From: Tubulanus polymorphus | Lineage: Eukaryota > Animalia > Nemertea | Direction of reading: 5' to 3' | Length of the DNA stretch: 64,000 nucleotides | Assembly: GCF_964204645.1 (NCBI RefSeq) | Contig: NC_134029.1 | Location: 744,001-808,000, forward strand | Shown here: positions 63,648 through 64,000 of the stretch, one piece after another | Layout: each line of letters begins with the position of its first letter | Numbering within the stretch: position 1 is the first letter of the stretch | Made by a program: the position numbers and the translations under genes | Notes under the pieces: generated by a model | Databases searched by the model: none | What the model was told of the DNA's origin: nothing | Seen by the model: only the letters and a program-made list of their open reading frames with translations

Positions 63648-63938
63648 CTAAAGTTTTAATGCGGCGACAACAATCCCAGTCACAACAGCAGCTAAACCCA
63701 CAGCACCAGCGACGACCTGGTACCATCGCACCTGCAGAAAATACAAATCATCTACAATCGGCTCAAATTGGCGTAAATACTTCATGAACGGTTTGATAGT
63801 ACTTACAGAAAATTTACTCTTCTTCGGGGGAGGCTTCGGCGTGGAATCTGAACTGAACATTTTACGATACAAATCTTTTTCTTTCTCTTTCTCAGCGAGT
63901 TGTCGATTGACTAATTTCGACAATTCCTGGTGAATCAC
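63648..63938 (-). CDS. FKBP8: FKBP8/FKBP38-like peptidyl-prolyl isomerase, last two exons (63938-63807, 63731-63648); gene continues beyond the window
   Basis: IHQELSKLV...LYRKMF post-TPR/calmodulin-binding helix, followed by a C-terminal tail-anchor TM (WYQVVAGAVGLAAVVTGIVVAALKL*). Confidence 0.85.
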   Translation of the reverse strand: MIHQELSKLVNRQLAEKEKEKDLYRKMFSSDSTPKPPPKKSKFSVSTIKPFMKYLRQFEPIVDDLYFLQVRWYQVVAGAVGLAAVVTGIVVAALKL

Positions 63939-64000
63939 CTACAGCAAGAACAGAGGCAGAATAGAGACAGAAAGGATGAGAGAAAATGTATTAAACTTCA

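Overview
AT-rich, intron-containing animal genomic DNA. The protocadherin and CK1-gamma motifs point to an invertebrate, probably a lophotrochozoan; the species cannot be fixed from the sequence. Gene models were built by hand from splice sites and reading-frame phase. They are: a 7-repeat protocadherin (+, 2593-18344), NAXD/CARKD (-, 29374-26573), casein kinase I gamma (-, 49702 to about 33451) head-to-head with VPS33B (+, 51039-56537), a 4-exon gene for a small secreted cysteine-rich protein (-, 62640-61688), and the 3' end of FKBP8 (-). Two things stand out. First, the CK1-gamma C-terminus looks combinatorial: two duplicated, mutually exclusive 104-nt exons, a 24-nt Cys-adding microexon and two alternative palmitoylation/polybasic terminal exons give up to 8 tails. 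Second, the small secreted protein is a stand-alone EGFR domain-II (dimerization-arm) module. Also present are hAT-like and PIF/Harbinger-like MITEs, tRNA-derived SINE-like copies, many intronic minisatellites (several produce artefactual ORFs) and a decayed coding patch at about 56.9-60.5 kb.
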